In this document: one piece after another, positions 62,424 through 64,000 of the stretch
How the letters are laid out: every line of letters starts with the position of its first letter
Position numbering within the stretch: the stretch's first letter is position 1
Assembly: GCA_039198225.1 (NCBI GenBank)
Contig: JBCCTQ010000005.1
Coordinates: forward strand, 59,829 to 123,828
DNA from: Pseudomonadota bacterium
GTDB lineage: Bacteria; Pseudomonadota; Alphaproteobacteria; Rhodobacterales; Rhodobacteraceae
Direction: 5' to 3'
Length of the DNA stretch: 64,000 bases
Notes under the pieces: model-generated
What the model was told of the DNA's origin: nothing
Database searches by the model: none
Seen by the model: the letters and a program-made list of their open reading frames with translations, nothing else
Position numbers and translations under genes: made by a program

Positions 62424-64000
62424 ATGGATGACCAAACGCCCGACGCCAACGAACTACGTATCCCAGTCGCGGCCTTGGGCACGGCTCTCATTTCAGAGGG
62501 CTGGCTACTCATATTTGATCGTGAAACCAGAACGTTAAAGCAGGTTAACGAGGCCGCGCTAAACGCCCTTGAATTGTCGGAAGACGCCCTGCAAAGTTAT
62601 GATTTCGATGCTCTCTTTGCCGACGACGTACGACCGTCGGGCGAGATTTGGCAAACTGCCGAGACGAACGGGTCTTTTTGCTGTGAGGCCGGTTTGGTCG
62701 CGGTTCTCTCCAACGTTTCGCACCGGGTCAGGATCATTGCGGTTGCCCCATCGGAAGGACCAGCCGACTTGGTGGTCCACGCCGCCCCGAACGGGAGCAC
62801 CGCGAACGAAGGCGCCAGCGCCGCGGTAAGTCACTTACTCGGTCCCGCAGAAGAAAATATCGGCATCATCCGTTTTGATGCGGACGGCGTGGTCATTGAG
62901 GCCAACGAAAAGGCTGCCATGACGCTGGAGTATTACGGCGAAGACCTTGCAGGCAAACCCCAAGATCAATTGTGGCACAAAGATCTGGCCATGTCGGAGC
63001 ACTACTTTGAGTTTTGGAACAAGCTTCGCGAGGGCCGGATCGTCGAAGAGACGCACAAGCATTTAGGCGGCGAGGGCAGCGCAATCTGGCTTCACAGTAC
63101 CTACGTTCCAGTCAAAGACGAGGCTGGGTCGTTGGCGTCCGTGCTCCAATACATGATGGATGTCACCAACATTCAAGCCGTTGCTGAGAACGATGCGAAA
63201 CGAGCAAATGCCGTTTGGTCCGCCCTGGCGATGGCTGAATACGATTCCGACGGTCATATCGTCTCGGCGAGCCCCGCAATGGTGGAGTGTCTCCGCGCAA
63301 ACCCCGATGAGATAGTCGGGAAACTCATTGGCCGCTATCTCAACGACGAATTTGCGCGGGGCAAGGCCTTCCAGGATCTATGGAAAAACGTCTCAAACGG
63401 ATCAACCGAATGCCTCGACGTTCGCCATGCTACCGAGAACAAGGAAACCTTGATTACACGGAGCATATTTGCGCCGCAAACTGACGCCGAGGGCAAAGTG
63501 AGTGGTGTTTACGAAGTCGCAATCGATGTGACTGCTACGCTGAACAAACTGCAAAATATGGACACTCGGTTCAGCGCTATACAGAGCGGTTTGGTCATAG
63601 CGGAATTCGATCTCTCGCGCAGATTGCTGGCGGCCAATAGATCTTACATGCGGCTCATGGAGCTTGAGGACGAGGCCATCGGTGAGCTCAATCACAGTGA
63701 CACGGTTCCTTTAGATTTCGCCAACAACCAGCGCTATCGTGCGTTTTGGGACAAACTGGTGAACGGAGAACATGTCGCCGGCCAATTCGAGCGGCGTCGT
63801 CCCGACGGGGCGCATGTGTGGATTAATTCCGTCTATATGCCGCTTCTGAACGAATCCAACGGCATAGTTGACCGGGTCCTTTTCTACGGAATGGATATCA
63901 GCGAGACCAAGCGGAGGTTCCTCAACCTCGATGCGCAATTCAATGCGCTTGATCGATCAATGGGTGTGATCGAATTTGACCTGGATAGCAAAATTCTGGC
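62424..64000 (+). CDS. Multi-PAS sensor protein, 5' partial (runs off the window)
   Basis: This ORF is not in the supplied track because it has no stop inside the window. I translated it by hand from ATG 62424 (AAGGAA RBS): 525 codons are open. There are at least four consecutive PAS-like modules, each ending in a WL/WI..S.Y.P....G motif region (for example GSAIWLHSTYVPVKDEAG and GAHVWINSVYMPLLNESNG). Confidence 0.8.
   Translation, partial: MDDQTPDANELRIPVAALGTALISEGWLLIFDRETRTLKQVNEAALNALELSEDALQSYDFDALFADDVRPSGEIWQTAETNGSFCCEAGLVAVLSNVSHRVRIIAVAPSEGPADLVVHAAPNGSTANEGASAAVSHLLGPAEENIGIIRFDADGVVIEANEKAAMTLEYYGEDLAGKPQDQLWHKDLAMSEHYFEFWNKLREGRIVEETHKHLGGEGSAIWLHSTYVPVKDEAGSLASVLQYMMDVTNIQAVAENDAKRANAVWSALAMAEYDSDGHIVSASPAMVECLRANPDEIVGKLIGRYLNDEFARGKAFQDLWKNVSNGSTECLDVRHATENKETLITRSIFAPQTDAEGKVSGVYEVAIDVTATLNKLQNMDTRFSAIQSGLVIAEFDLSRRLLAANRSYMRLMELEDEAIGELNHSDTVPLDFANNQRYRAFWDKLVNGEHVAGQFERRRPDGAHVWINSVYMPLLNESNGIVDRVLFYGMDISETKRRFLNLDAQFNALDRSMGVIEFDLDSKIL

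Noticed and set aside
1-64000. Scan for CRISPR arrays, rRNA/tRNA genes, IS elements, integrases, toxin-antitoxin pairs and prophage genes.
   Set aside because: I saw no spaced direct-repeat arrays, no tRNA-like T-arm motif in the intergenic regions, and no transposase, integrase or phage signatures in any frame of the track. This was a by-eye scan, so small ncRNAs cannot be excluded.

Overview
This is a 64-kb window of a GC-rich, transporter-dense bacterial chromosome. All calls come from reading the sequence and the ORF track, with no database search. The gene content (three TRAP/TTT uptake systems, two ABC systems, organosulfonate genes, GntR/LacI regulators, many ATGA/GTGA-coupled operons) suggests a marine roseobacter-type alphaproteobacterium; this is inference only. 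I call about 52 protein genes. I recognised no rRNA, tRNA, CRISPR array, IS element or integrase.

Gene order along the window:
- 279-3762: TRAP transporter.
- 4150-10843: photoactive yellow protein (PYP) island. It holds pyp, the chromophore-activating ligase pcl, a solitary canonical gvpA and seven uncharacterised ORFs, three of which look like paralogues of each other.
- 10982-22061: carbohydrate-type locus with an ABC importer, a UPF0261 protein, two class II aldolases, an MBL hydrolase, a HAD hydrolase, an FGGY kinase and a GntR regulator.
- 22794-25114: MmgE/PrpD plus ComA-family gene pair.
- 25190-29519: siderophore-interacting reductase, convergent on an iron-siderophore ABC operon that ends in a pseudoazurin gene.
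- 29617-40260: tricarboxylate-type locus with a TcuA-like flavoprotein, GntR, AbrB-family protein, D-2-hydroxyacid dehydrogenase, PrpF, a TctA-TctB fusion, TctC and a TctD/E-like two-component system.
- 40275-51364: a 2527-aa repeat surface protein translationally coupled to a 1169-aa outer-membrane-type protein.
- 51989-62169: a complete-looking 2,3-dihydroxypropane-1-sulfonate (DHPS)/sulfolactate catabolic cluster (hpsKLM-hpsN-hpsO-hpsP-suyAB-comC-like) with a LacI regulator and twin palindromic operators.
- 62424-64000: 5' part of a multi-PAS sensor gene that runs off the window.

The best candidate for undescribed biology is the PYP island. The second is the giant surface protein / large OMP pair.
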